64,000 bases of DNA, taken from contig MU054187.1 in the NCBI GenBank assembly GCA_013239625.1, positions 17,104,711-17,168,710 of the forward strand, read 5' to 3'. The number at the start of each line of letters is the position of its first letter. The first letter of the stretch is position 1. This DNA is from Lama guanicoe. Taxonomy: Eukaryota. This document shows positions 13,074-26,697 of the stretch, piece by piece. The notes under the pieces are model-generated. The model was not told the origin of the DNA, searched no databases, and saw only the letters and a list, made by a program, of their open reading frames with translations. A program made the position numbers and the translations under genes.

Positions 13074-16000
13074 CTCTAGAAAAACAACTTAAGAACAATT
13101 ATTTGACTTTACTGCTTGTATTTCTGGAATCCAGTAAGTGGGTTACCTTTCTCTTATCTTTCCATTCTCCCAAGATTAATACACATAAGATAATTTGTGT
13201 AAAATATATTTATGTATTCCGATTATACAATGTTTCAGGAAGGTAAGGCTTCCCCATCTCCAGTGCTCAACACCTCACTCTACTTATATCCTGCAAAAGT
13301 ATCTTAATTATTTTAATTTAAATGATATTTAAATATTTAGGCAGAAGTAATAACAGAGTTACAATAGCCATGTCTACCATTATACATATTATACTTTTTC
13401 AAATAGATTTTTGTCACTGAAAACAACATACGTGCCATTTTTTAATTATCCAAAATCCTCAATTCTTCAATAATAGCCATAAGAAGTAATTACTTCAGCA
13501 ACATATACATCAGAAGTTTTTTTTTTTCTTTGTTTAATGGAAGATTTGGCTCTAGAAAAGAGCATCACAGAAGGTTTAAAAAGTAAGATGGAAAGACATG
13601 CTTTTATTTCTAATGTTCTGTCAATCCTGTTTTGCCATAACCATCACTCTGTTCTCAGGGGGAACTTTATGACTGCCATTGCTATAGATAGTTGCAGTTT
13701 GAGGGCAAAGGGAAACCGTAAGATGAAAATAGGACTTGTTATAAACAAACTGCCACTTTTCATTGGACAGATTTAATTATTCATAGTAACGGTACATAGA
13801 CTGCATTGTTGAACATTATTGGCTAGCTTCTCCTAGAATTTCAGTCACTGGAGGGCAAGAATATCACCTTGGACAGAGAAGCTTAAACACTTTTACATCT
13901 ATAAGCACAATGCACTGCCAAGAACACTGGGGTATCTTTCTGTTTTTATTAGCCTGGCTTCTCTAACAGGTCCCCATAAATTCTGTGCCTTTCCAGGGCC
14001 ACAAAGAACTGGGAAAGAGATTATTTTCAGGGCTGGTGTATCTTTATGTGGGCTTTGTGGAGCAGCTGGGGGATGATTCTTGAATGGGACCCATAGTTTA
14101 ACAACAGCAGAGATGATATTATAAAGAGTCAATTTACTGCCCAGCTTATAGCTGTCAGTAAATTGGACCTATTTTCTGGGGATAAAACTGATTACTTTGA
14201 AAGCTAAATCAGGATTTTTTCCCCCTGATGTGTTGGTGTATGTGGGATTTCTTTGTATTTTGAAGAGATTTTTGGTTGCTTCTAGTGTAAGCAATATTTA
14301 TTACATATACATTCAAGCCATTTTTTTCTGTTTCTTTGTTTGTTTTTGTAAATGACATGTTAATAACTGTTACAGAAGAGATAAAGATCCACAGTTCTGG
14401 ACAGCTTGTTCACATACTGTTTTGATTAATTTAACAAAGACTACAAATAATTCTAATAGAAAAGGCCAGATTTAATAAAAATCCTGTCTAGTTTTCTTAT
14501 AGAAAAAGTGTTTGCAAGAGTCCTCAAATTCAACTTTTAGAGATTTTTTGGGATTCTGTTGTTAAGTGAAAGTCAGATACTCAGATAATTTTTCCTTACC
14601 AAACTTGGTCCTTGCATTGTTTCCTGGTTATTGTTTATAGAAACAAATAGATTCTTAAATGGAGATACCAAAGTCCTTTGGGACCGAGGATAGAATGAGG
14701 GAGTTAAAGGGCAAGACAGGGAAAGGAAGAAGAGAGAAAGGAAACAGACTGGCTCACTGTCTTTGCCTCATAGCCAGAGCAATTCTTTCTGATATTGAGT
14801 TACTTTGAAAACATAATAGCATTTATCTGATACATGGTATTATTAGCTCAAAGATCTAAGTGACTCGATCTGTTTTGTTGCTTACATCTCAGTGGTTAGT
14901 AAAAATCTATTACCAATGAATGACAATATAGTAAATGAAAATTGCATAAACCATTTGCAGCCTTAGAAGCTGACATGTAAAAAGGCCGTACCACCATTTC
15001 TCCCTCTTCCAATTCCCAGAAGACTCATCAGGAGTGTCATAGGTCACCCACTGTCCTGCACAAATGAAAAAAAGCTTCTAATATTGTCCATATTCTTTCC
15101 ATGTGGTCTGCTAAGAAGATTCTCTTTCTACTCTTCTGTGTGGTTTTAATCTCATCAATTTTACACCAAAAGGTTAAGGAGGACCCAGGCTGCAGATCCA
15201 TGGCTGGGAATGATCATTGCCTGCTTCATACAACATACAGACATTTTCTTAACATGATTAGAGGATTCCTGATTTGATTCCCTACTCTGGGAAAATTGAT
15301 ACTGTTGTGACACCATTGTGAGAAGAAAGCTGGATGGAAAACAAAGATTCCTAAGAAATAAATATTTAAAATTAAAAAAATAAATAAATAAAATAAAATT
15401 TATTTTCTGTACATATATCCACTAACTTTATTGCCCTTTTATATCCCATTAAAGATCCGAAAGAGGCTTATCCACAAACAGAAAAAGAATGAGCTGTGAT
15501 GAAAGATACTGAACGCTTTAGATTTGGAACAATAATACAGACAGAGAAACATTCAGGAAAACAGGGAGAAGTTCTGTTTCCTAATGAAATATAAACAAGC
15601 AGAAGTATGAAAAAGGAATACAATGACTTTCTGGAGTAGAAGAACAATCTTTGTCCTGGTGGAATTGTAATGGTGTCATGTTTATTTGGCAGGTGAACTG
15701 ATAGCATTCCATCACCTAAATCTACTTTTTGAAGAAAGAACTAGAGATAAAATGTAGGTGACGGAATTTCAATGTGATAACAGGAAACGCACAGCGATCA
15801 GTGTTAAGTACCAAGAATCCACCTCTGGTTTTTTATATCATTTCCTCTGTCTTTGACAATAACTTTTTCCACTAATGCTCAATTACCTTTCTTGCAACTC
15901 CATCTTCCTTCCCCTTTCCTTTGGCTCTGCTTGGCTTTCCTAGGCCACCTGAAGTCTGTTAACCAAGTAGAAGAACCTGGCTTCCCACGGGTTGCTCTGG

Positions 16001-16799
16001 AAGGTGAAGAGAAGACTAAAGTGAATTGGGATTTTTTTGTTTTTTCTCATTACTAAACCTCACCTGCTCCTCAAGACCCTCTTCTTCAGAACTGCTAGCC
16101 CCTAAATGACATCCAATGGGTTATTTCTAACTTTCAACCTTTATTTTTAGTTTCCTGCTTCCAAATCTCAGTTCCTTCTGCCATGAAGCTTTAGTGTATG
16201 AATCAGATAATTAAACCTTAGGAAGTCTTTCTTTCCATAAGGTAGACAAGAACAAAAAAAATGTAATTGTACTTTAATTTATAATGATAAATTGATAAGG
16301 TCATATTATTGTTGATATCAGCCATTTCATGCTATTGCATTAATAGGTTTTTTTCTTTCCTTGGTCTATATCCATTATTCCTGGTATCAATCTGTTGTTT
16401 TCTGTTGTGTGTCTGTACAGTTTAGTTCTTATTTATATTACACATAATATATTTGATATTTTGCCTTTAGTCATTGCTCAGAACAACTCCTTTGTAATGT
16501 AATCTCTTATAACTTTCTCAGTCATAAATTATAATAATTTTCCACTTCATTAAGCAGTTTCTCATATTCTTTTCCATAATAATCAATCGTATTTACAATT
16601 TAAAATATTTATTTGATGTCAACTACTGAGAGCTCAAGTTGTTTCAGGATTTCTAGAACAACAACAGAGCTATAAATTTTATTTTATATTTTTGTACATT
16701 TTAGTATTTTTAGTTTCAAAATTTTCAGAAAAAATTCACTTTAACAAAGGTACAAATATAATCTCTCAGTACATGTAATGCAAAATTACAATCTAGAAA

Positions 16800-17570
16800 A
16801 GCTCTAAAATAATTATGCACATTAACATATGTATTACCTGCTTATCTGCATCCTAAACCACACAAAAATTTTAACTTTAAAACTTTTTTGACAGCTTCAT
16901 ATATAAAATGATATTTTTTAATTGTGTTTATGTTTATCGGTAATTTGTTTTATTTTCTTTTCTGTCTTGTATTAATACCCATTGTCTATTTTTGGTTGAG
17001 ATGTTCAGTTCACTTTATTAATTCATAAAAGCTGCATAGATATTAACCCCTTGTCTGCAATTGTTATGAGTATTTTTACAAGTTTATTCAACCTTATAAT
17101 TTATTTTGATACTTTCTGAAATAATGAAAATGTACACTTTTGTCAAATTCATCAGTTCTTATTTGTTTTTGGCAAACAGTGCCCACACTGATACCAGACA
17201 TTGCTTTAGACTTTCTTTAATTTTTTTTAATTTAACTTTTGATATAAATGGATATGACTACTTTAAATGTAAGTTTTAAGATATGGATCTTTGTTAACTT
17301 AAAGAAATAAACCAGGTATCAAGATAAAAGTAAATTATAGTCCCCTGACTGATTTGCATTCTATATTTATAATATGAAAGAAATTCATGAATATTAATAA
17401 AATACAACCATTTTCAAATTTTCCAAATTCTTGGTGATTCTTGCATAGTTATTATTCAAAGTGAACTGTAGAATGTTATTATTCAAAGTGAACTGTAGAA
17501 TGTTCATTTTGGTCAAATGAACGAATTTCCATTTCAAACATTTATTTGTAAATTATTTGAAGAAAATAGA
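16800..17570 (-). mobile_element. Highly degenerate L1M ORF2 fragment
   Basis: Antisense L1 motifs: gatattaaccccttgtctg, tatttttacaagtttattca, tttcttgcatagttattattcaaagtgaactgtagaat. Confidence 0.5.
17448..17504. repeat. Perfect 27-bp tandem duplication (gttattattcaaagtgaactgtagaat x2)
   Basis: Copies at 17448-17474 and 17475-17501, followed by gtt. Confidence 0.95.
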
Positions 17571-17572
17571 TA

Positions 17573-19547
17573 CAGGTAAACTGCAGAGATATTCCAGGTC
17601 TGCTTCTAGACCACCACAATAATGCAAACATCACAGTAAAGTAATATTTTTGGTTTCCAAGTACACATAAAAGTTATGTTTATACTTCACTCTAGTTTAT
17701 TAAGTGTGCAATAGCATTAAATCTAAAAACAATGTATCTACCTTAATTAAAAATATCTTGTTGCCAAAAAATGATAACCATCATCTGAGCTTTCAGCAAG
17801 TCATGATGCTTTGCTGGTGGAGAGTTCTGCCATGCTCATTGTTGGTGACTGCTGCCTGATCAGGGTGGTGGGTGCTGAAGTTTGGGGTGGCTGTGCCAAT
17901 TTCATAAAATAAGACAACAATACAGTTTGCTGCATTGATTGACTCCTTCACATGATTTCTTTAGAGCATTCAATGCTGTTTGATAGCATTTTACTTCTTG
18001 CAACACATAGAGCTTTCAAAACTGGGGTCAGTTCTTTCTAACCCTGCTACTGCTTGATCAACGAAGTTTGCGTAATATACTAAATCCTTTGTTGTTATTT
18101 CAGCCATCTTCATAGCATCTTCACTAGGAATCAAATCCATCTCAAGAAAGCACTTTCTTTGCCAATCCATGAGTCAATTCCTCATCCCATAAAGTTTTAT
18201 CATGAAATTGCAGCAATTCAGTCATATAATCAGGCTGCACTTCTAATTCTAGTTCTCTTGCTGTTTCCATCACAACTGCAACTACTTCTTCCATGGAAGC
18301 CTTGAACCCTTCAAAGTCATCCATGAGAGTTGAAATCAACTTCTTCCAAAGTTAATGTTGGTATTTTGACCTCTTCCTATAAATCACAAAAGCCTGTAAT
18401 GGCATCTAGAACAGTGAATCCTTTCCAGAAGGTTTTTAATTTGCTTTGCCCAGATGCATCAGAGAGGTAACTATGCATGGCAGCTATAGCCTTATAAAAT
18501 GTATTTCTTAAATAAGACTTGAAAGCCAAAATTACTCCTTGGTCCATAGACTGCAGAATGGATGCTGTGTTAGCAGGCACGACATCAACATTAATCTCAC
18601 TGTCCATCTCCATCAGAGCTCTTGGGTGACCAGGTGCATTGTCAATGAGTAGTACTATTTTGAAAGGATTTTTTCTTCCCTCTCAGCAGCAGGTCTCAAC
18701 AGTGGGCTTAAAATATTCAGTAAACCATATTGTAAATAAGTGCACTTTCATCTAGGCTTTGTTGTTGCATTTATAGAGCACAGGCAGAGTAGATTGAGCA
18801 TAATTCTTAAGGGCCCCAGGATTTTCATAATGGTAATTGAGCATTGGCTTCAACTTGAAGTCACAAGCTGCGTTAGACCCTAACAAGAGGGTCAGCCCAT
18901 CCTTTGAAGCTTTGATCCAGCCATTGACTTCTCCTCTATCACTAAAGCTCCTAGATGACATCTTTTTCCAATAGAAGGCTATTTTGTCTATCTTGAAAAT
19001 CTGTTGTTTAGTACAACCACCTTCATCAATTATCTTAGCTAGATTTTCTCTATAACTTGCTTCTACATCAGCATATACTACTTCGCCTCGCACTTACATG
19101 TAATGGAGATGGCCTCTTTCCTTCAATTTCATGAACCAAACTCTGTCACTTCAAACTTTTCTTCTACAGCTTCCTCACCTCCCTCAGCCGCCACAGAGTT
19201 GAAGAGAGTTAATTCTCTCTGGATTATGCTTTGGCTTAAGGGAATGTTGCATCTGGTCTGATCTTCTACCCAACTACTACAACTTCCTGGATATCAGCAA
19301 TAAGACTGTTTTGCTTTCTTATCATTCATGCGTTCACAGGAGTAGCATTTTCAATTTCCTTCAAGAATTTTTCCTTTGCATTCACAGCTTGGCTACCTGT
19401 TTGGTACAAGAAGCTGTACCTCTGTCTGTCTTGGCTTTCAACATGCCTTTCATGCTAAGCTCAATCACTTCTAGCTTTTGATTTAAAGTGAGAGACATCT
19501 CACTCTTCCTCTCGCTTGAACACTGAGAGGCCATTGTAGGGTTGCTA
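17573..19547 (-). mobile_element. Tigger1 DNA transposon (pogo family), 5'-truncated, decayed transposase
   Basis: TA plus caggtaaactgcagagatattccaggtctgcttctagaccaccacaata matches the Tigger1 3' terminus. Minus-strand ORFs 18752-19093, 18377-18613 and 18142-18339 give Tigger transposase peptides ([50 protein letters not shown]). Confidence 0.95.
18142..19500 (-). pseudogene. Fragmented Tigger1 transposase (CENP-B/pogo DDE family) coding remnant
   Basis: Collinear peptides in separate ORFs, broken by stops or frameshifts. Confidence 0.9.
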
Positions 19548-22500
19548 GAAGAAGACCCAGAATAACTATTATTTTATTTTTATTTGTAATGCCTAAACTT
19601 AATTTTCACTTCCAAATTTATGTTGTCTTTATTTCAGCAGTGTTGTGTATAGAGGTAAAGCTGTGAGATAAATGTATTAGATTTTTTGCCTCTGAACAAA
19701 AGAGAACAAAGAATCCTCAGCCTAAATGGTGGAAAAGACCAGAACCAGATGGATGAATGCATCTAAGGAGGAACTATAGGTCCAAATTCAAGGGAAAATA
19801 CAAAAGATAAGAAAGTATTTTCAAGAGATAAAACCAGAATTCGGAAAGTTGACAACAATCAAGGAACATCAGCTTTTGAGCACTTATTTTCAACAATAGC
19901 TATTATTTCACAAGATTTATATAATAATACTTATTATTATTATTATTATTATAGCAAAATATATCAATTCTGCTTCAAAATTTGATTCTTGTTAGTTCCT
20001 GTAACTAACGACATTATTTAATGTGTTTTAAATTCATTATTGTGATCTCTAATGTATTTAGTTCATTTAAACTGTCTTGGAAAGCAACATTCTTTCACTT
20101 ATTCATGCAATCTAATGGTAAAGTATATTATCTTACTTATCTTGTGCTTTCTTAAGTAAAATCTATATGGCCTATGTGGGAAGACTTAAGAAAAGTAAAT
20201 GAACTGGAAAATCTATTGTGCTTATCCGCAAGTATTTTATAATCAAAGAGAATGTGTATTTAATGCTACAATAATTTTATTACAAAGCAATGTATTTCCT
20301 TTGTGTTTGTTCCACAAATTGGCTTATGTTTTTAATACAATTCCTGTAAAAAAAAATGTAAGAAAGCTACTACTGACATTCGTCTCATAAAGACGGAGCC
20401 ATCCTGTCACCATTTTGGTTTCTGTAACAAAAAAGTAAGAGTGGAAATAATTATGCAAGAGCAACAGCCCACCCTTCGCTGGCCTGTGTATTCAAGCTGA
20501 TGGAAACTTTTGAAGCTGTTTCAGACTAAGTCACCCTGGGAGATTCTTTGAATTTCTATGTCCTCCTGGATGTCATGTTCCTTTGATTTCACTTTTGCTT
20601 CTTTATCTGTGCATTTTAATCCATTTGTGAATATCCCCATGTTCTCTTTCTGCTACCCGCTCATACTCTCTCTCTCTTTTAAAGCAAATAAATAAATAAA
20701 ATTTGCCCATAATTTTCATTCTTGGTTAGCACATATATTTTGACCAAATCCCCTGCACAGATAAAGTATATACTCAGGAAGATTTACCTTTTGAAATTTT
20801 CTTCAATAATTTTCTTGTTTCAGATGTTAGTACGGAGTGACAAGTATGTGCTGGGTGTGAGACTAGAGATTTTCATAGCAGGACCTTACGCGGAGGTGGG
20901 AGGTTTATGAATAAACAGCCGAGGGCTGGAATCTCTGTTGCCTCCCCAAGGAGTTGTGTGCCCTACAGAGAGTCCTTCAAAATTGTTAAAACTTCACTTC
21001 CTAAATACAGAAAGCAAGATTATAATGGCGTATGACTTATGGACTTGCTTTGAGAATTAAGGGGAATCACAGGTAAAGAACTAGCATATCCTGCCTAACA
21101 GAGAGAGAGCTCCCAATAAATTTCAGTTATTAATATTCACATATTTTAAATGAAAGAATAGGTTAATAATGTCAAGTAATTTACCAAATGTTACCCAGTT
21201 GATTTGAGGTTTTGTCCAGTATGTATCTCTCTCAGCCACAGGGAAAAAGAGAAACTCACTCTCCTTCCCTAAATCCTAACAGTAAATTCTGGATAAGAAA
21301 TGTAAGGAATCTAAGCATATCCAGAAGTAAGCGGGTGGTGCAGTCATGGTCTGAGTTCCTGAAATACGGGTTTCCATTAAGAAAACTTTTATTAATTAAG
21401 TGTATCTTGTGTGTTTGCAGACAGGGGTTAAAACAGTTCATGTTTCTGAAAAATTATGTGAGAATTATTATAGATATTGGACAGATATCATAAGATAAGT
21501 CTGGAAAACATTCAGTGGATTCGGGAATTGTAAGCTTGCAGGGAACCTTAGTGAAAGCATCTTCAATACAATGGAGCAGAACCACGTGGACAGGAATTCA
21601 GTTATCACTTCGAGATGAAGAAGTGAGGGCTGAGAGTATACAAAACAGCCTCTGTGGTGATTAGAAGGTGAGATTATTTTGAGAAAAGTAAATTTATTAT
21701 TCATAATAGTCTCAGGGTGCCTATGTGTGAATTTTTTCTATCCAGAAGATACAGTGTATGAATAAGTGTGTGTATTGCTATAGAAAAATGATTCTTTACA
21801 GAAACTATGCAGATTCCTCATAAGACTTGCCAAATTAAGGACAAAAAAAGAGAGAGATCCCATTTTCTTTTTGTATTAGAATGATAACCTGCCAACATGC
21901 TCTTAATTCTGAAGATGAGAATCAAAAGGAAGATTGCCTGGTGCAAAGCTTTGGCAAACTTACCATTTTTTTAAATTAATTTTTATAATTGATTGTGTCA
22001 ATCAGTAAAAATCTAATATGCTTTTTCATACAACATGTAAGTTGCATACCATTTGTAATTTGCAATTTAAATGAATTGTACTTTTCTCCTTCACTGAAGA
22101 CGTTATGAAACTTTGGTGGTTTAGTTAAAATGTGTAAAAATATATAGCCAGTAATATAAAAAATTGAGGAGATGAAGGATTTGTGTTAACTCTGTTTTTG
22201 CTCATTATTTGTTCATTTACAGAATCTGTATTTTCAGTGAGGTAGTTTTGTTGGAATGCCAAGGCTCACTGGGAAGGACAAAGAATGAAAAAAAGAAGAA
22301 ATTTGGTCAAATAAGGTACACAGAAGCTATTTACATTACCTCAAATATTTGTTTAGAAAATGTGTGTCTTGAGGCCATGGAGGGAATGAATTAGCAGATG
22401 TCTTACTTTTTTATTGCTATGATATCAAACTTCATTGGAATTTTTTATTAAGTGATTTGGTTTCACGTCTGATAAAAGAGTCATATCCTGCACAAAATGG

Positions 22501-24728
22501 CATTAATGATAAAAATCTTAGTTTCTTGCGACTTGTCACTAGCAATTGCAACTTCTTCTGTTCATATCCTTATCAATTTGTTATGGAGATAGTCCCCCCC
22601 GGGGCCTTGGAATACACCATAAATCTCTCTAAAGTATAGTTTTACTCATTGGTAAATTCAGTGGTTTCACTGAGATCACTGTGAATGATATACCTGGTCA
22701 AACCCCAGATAACTAGCAATAAGTCAATATCGGGAAATGGGAAGAAAAAAATTCTTTTTCTTATTACCAACTCCTTGACAATATTAAATTTTTCCTTAAG
22801 TAAATAGTTCTAACTCAATTAGGACTCCATGTACCCTCTATTGGATTCTGCTAACAATTACAAAGTTTTTCAGATTTTCCTATATATCTGATCAACTGTC
22901 TTTCAGGGTTCCATTCCTCTGGGTAGAGAAAAATAAATGCTAGTTCTCAATAATACTGTTTCCCTTTTTATCTAGCTTAAAATAATCTCTTCTGGTGACC
23001 GCTCAAGAGTTTTCCTCTTCAGCCTTTACCTTCCCAGAGGGTGTTCGCATACAGGGAAAAGCATGCGTATCTTCCAGGTGCAGTGGACTTTATGCTGGTC
23101 ACGCTGCACTTCAGGTCCTTACATGGGCTTTTTTTTTTTTTTTTAGTGACTTACATGCTTGTCTTGGTCAACTGGATACTCTGCTTAACCAGCCCTGAGT
23201 TTGAGTCTCCCTGGCACTGCAAGTCCTTTGAAGTTGGCTCCAACGTCCAGTCCTTTTCTTTTTTCTTTTTCTTTTTCCCCCCCTCTTTTGGTCCTCCCCA
23301 TGATGAGGCAGCACAATCCATCAGCACCTGCTATTACAGAATTCAGCACTTAGGACAGATTTCCTATGTTGTACAAGCAAGCGTAGGAAACGGGAGACTG
23401 ACTCAGGCCAACTATCTGGACACCTCCCTTTGTCATTGCTGCTCCCTGGCAATGGTGCCTCTGCTGGAAACACAGGACTTCTCTACGTTGTTCATGATTC
23501 TTCACCTGCATCTAGGATTCCCGTATTTGGATAATTTTACCACCCTTCCTATCAGTATCAATCTGAGTTTGAGAAGTGGGGTCCAGAGGAATGTGGACTC
23601 CTGCATCGAACCTCTTTCCCTTCTCAACTTATTTTCTTTCTTCTCCTTTTTCCCTGCTCATTTGCTCCATAATCCATTCCACTAATTTTTATCTTTGATT
23701 TGTAATGACTCCCGCTCCTGCTTCACCTTGAACATTCCTCCCCAAATACTTCCTATCTCTTAAAACACTGGCTGTCATCACTATGATCTTGCTATTAATG
23801 TTTTTTTAAATGCTCATTGGACTCCAAACCAAAAAATGTGTTTTGTTTTGTTTTGTTCTCCTCTCTGGGATGATCCATCTCAATCTCACTGACTAGTTTC
23901 AGTGGTAGAAAAACTAAAGTGAAAATAAGACTAAATCACTGAGAAGAGAAATTAACATTGTCCCACTGTATACATATATTTTTAAATTATCTGTCTTAAC
24001 CTGAACGATTTATCTAGACACCCCTCTTACTTTCACCTGCTTGTATTTAACAATGCAAAGGTATTTTTTAAGACAAAAAATTGCTTCAAAATACGGAATG
24101 CAAATAGGACCACATGCATGAAAATCATCCAGTATTTTCTCTGCTATGGATATTATCCTAAATTCTGGATTTTCAATGATATTGATATATTTGTGAGAGA
24201 GAAAGATGAATTGTCTTTGGATAATTTTAGGTTGGAAAGGTGGAGAATCTGTAGATTTTAATCAAAACCAAAAGTTATCTAGATAAAATGTTTTTTATTT
24301 TTTTTCAGGTTAAGTCATTGTCAGGTTGTAGTTCAACTGTGCTTTTGAAATATGACTTTTATTACATATGAAAACATACTGAGTCGCCATTGAAGAATGA
24401 TCCCAGACTTGGGGAAATTACAAGATAACTTGTAGATTTTCTTTTTGAAGAGATACAAACAATTGCTCTCTGGTTGGGGGGAAAAAAAAAAACTCTAAAT
24501 GTATGGTTTATTGCCTTGTAAGAAATTAACCAGTTTTTAAAATCTGTTTTCTTTCACTAGCCTATGACTGACTGACTATATAAAAAAATCCCATTTCTTG
24601 AATTCTCTTTTAAATATCTTCCTAATTTTTTAATTAACTAATTAGCCCAATAAATTATTTTATTTACATTCAGTATATATTTGTATAAGAATAAGGTTTT
24701 TAAATTTTGAAAATTAAACTTAAATATA

Positions 24729-25377
24729 CAGTTGGTGCTTGTTTTTTGCTATCATTATCGTCTGCAAGGTTGTTATGAATACTACCTTAACAAACCACAC
24801 CTCCTAGGGGAAATGTGGGTTAAGTTCCTTGTAAAGCTCTAGTCACATTTTCATCAACCAATCAATACTTAACTTTGTTTTATGTGTATTTTCTGTTTTA
24901 AAGGCACCTTATTTAATATATATTATTGATTCATTAATGTTGAGCTCTTGTCCAACAGAACTATAACTTATGGCTGAGAGAAACTTATGTAACAAATGCA
25001 TTTTCTGTGTGAGTCACAGCACAGCCTTCTGGTGCTTAGAGAGATCAGTCAGCACATCAGGATGACTGTGAGGAGCCACTTAAACAGTGAGATCACCAAC
25101 AAAAGACACAAAAATGAAAAAAAAAAAAAAACCATGGCACTAAATAGACTGTGAAAAGGACATTTGTTTACAACATGAGATCTCAAACAAAACAGAGCAT
25201 CTCCATGTTTGACCTGAGCTGGCAATGTACTCCAGAGCAACTCAGATATTTTGCTGCTCTGTTCATGTCTGTAAATGACCACAGAAGCACCAGAAATATT
25301 GATTTGGAGTTACCAATAAAATTTAGTAAGTGGGAGAATTCACAAATACTGAATCCACACATAATGAAGATCAGCTA
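24729..25377 (-). mobile_element. MER82 (TcMar-Tigger non-autonomous element), near full length
   Basis: TA-flanked ends cagttggtgctt... / ...gaatccacacataatgaagatcagcta. Internal aaggcaccttatttaatatatattattgattcattaa and aaaggacatttgtttaca motifs. Confidence 0.8.
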
Positions 25378-26142
25378 TAAGGGCATGTACTCATATAAAC
25401 TAATAGGGATCGTATTCAATAAAATCACATTTATTCCAAGAGGACAGCAAAGTAATGAAAAAATTCTTAAGAGCTTATACAAGCTAGGTGTTCCCAACCA
25501 AAACAAGAAGCCAATGTTCAAAGAAATTATTTATCTTAAGATAAATTTTAATTTTTTTCATCTTGTTCAAAAACTTCCAACTTTAAAAGACAAATTGCAA
25601 ACATTTCCCCCTATTTATTTTAAGAAACAATAAAACACAACTACTATGGAATGAATAAAAATGCAGTACTCTGAGTCCTTTTATCAGCTTGATTCTCAAA
25701 TAAAGTAAGTTCAGCAGTGCTGATGTGTAATGTCAAAATGGAAATGCTTTGGTTTTGTTGGTCCTGAATTTGAAGTATTATTTTTCTGAGAGACACAAGA
25801 ATTATTCTGTTTCTGACTATGACACCTATATAAAAGTAGAATTCTTTTTGTAAGTTAATTTCTTTCATTCAGATTCATTCAAAACTTTTGTTTTTGCAGC
25901 TATTAACTGATCAACTACTGATACTATTTTAATTGTTTCATGGTAACTTTAATATTCAACTGCAGAGTTTATCAAGAGCTTTTAATGCCATTAAAAATCA
26001 AAGAGCCATTTGAAATTTAAAGAATCCCCCCTGTTTTCTGTGTCACTAAGCTGTCTCATCTTCCAATATTTTTCCCTTATATTTCTTGCTTGAGATTATT
26101 GGTCAATCTCAAGTTTCCAAACATGCCATCCTCATTTCACTC

Positions 26143-26697
26143 AATGACATGACTGACAAAAGCTCAATTTCCAGAATATATAAACAGCTCATACAACTTA
26201 ATAAGAAAAAAACAAACAACCCAACCCAAAAATGGGCAGAAGACCTAAACAAGCATTTCTCTAATGAAGCCATACAAATGGCCAATAGACATGTGAAAAA
26301 ATGCTCAGTATCACTAATTATCAGAGAAATCAAAACTACGAGGTGTCACCTCACACCAGTCAGAATGGGTGTCATTCAAAAGTCCACAAATGATAAATGC
26401 TGGAGAGGGTCTCGAGAAAAGGGAACCCTTCTACACTGCTGGTCGGAATGTAGTTTGGTGCAGCCACTATGGAGAACAGTATGGAGATTCTTCAAAAGAC
26501 TAAAAATAGACTTACCGTATGATCCAGCAATCCTACTCCTGAGCATGTATCTGGAAGGAGTTCTAATTCAAAACAATACAGACACCCCAATGTTCATAGA
26601 AGCACTATTTACAAAAGCCAAGACATGGAAACAACCTAAATGTCCATTCACAGATGATTGGATAAAGAAGTTGTGGTATATTTACATAATGGAATAG
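26143..26697 (+). pseudogene. L1 ORF2 C-terminal remnant (CCHC region, second Cys changed to Ser)
   Basis: Translated ORF track. The first ~19 residues of the ORF come from flanking DNA; no EN or RT domain. Confidence 0.9.

Noticed and set aside
23041..23685. 214-aa ORF, the longest in the track
   Set aside because: GTG start, poly-Phe from T-runs, no recognisable domain or exon structure.
25151..25633. 160-aa ORF
   Set aside because: Starts inside MER82 and runs into AT-rich flank; no protein similarity recognised.
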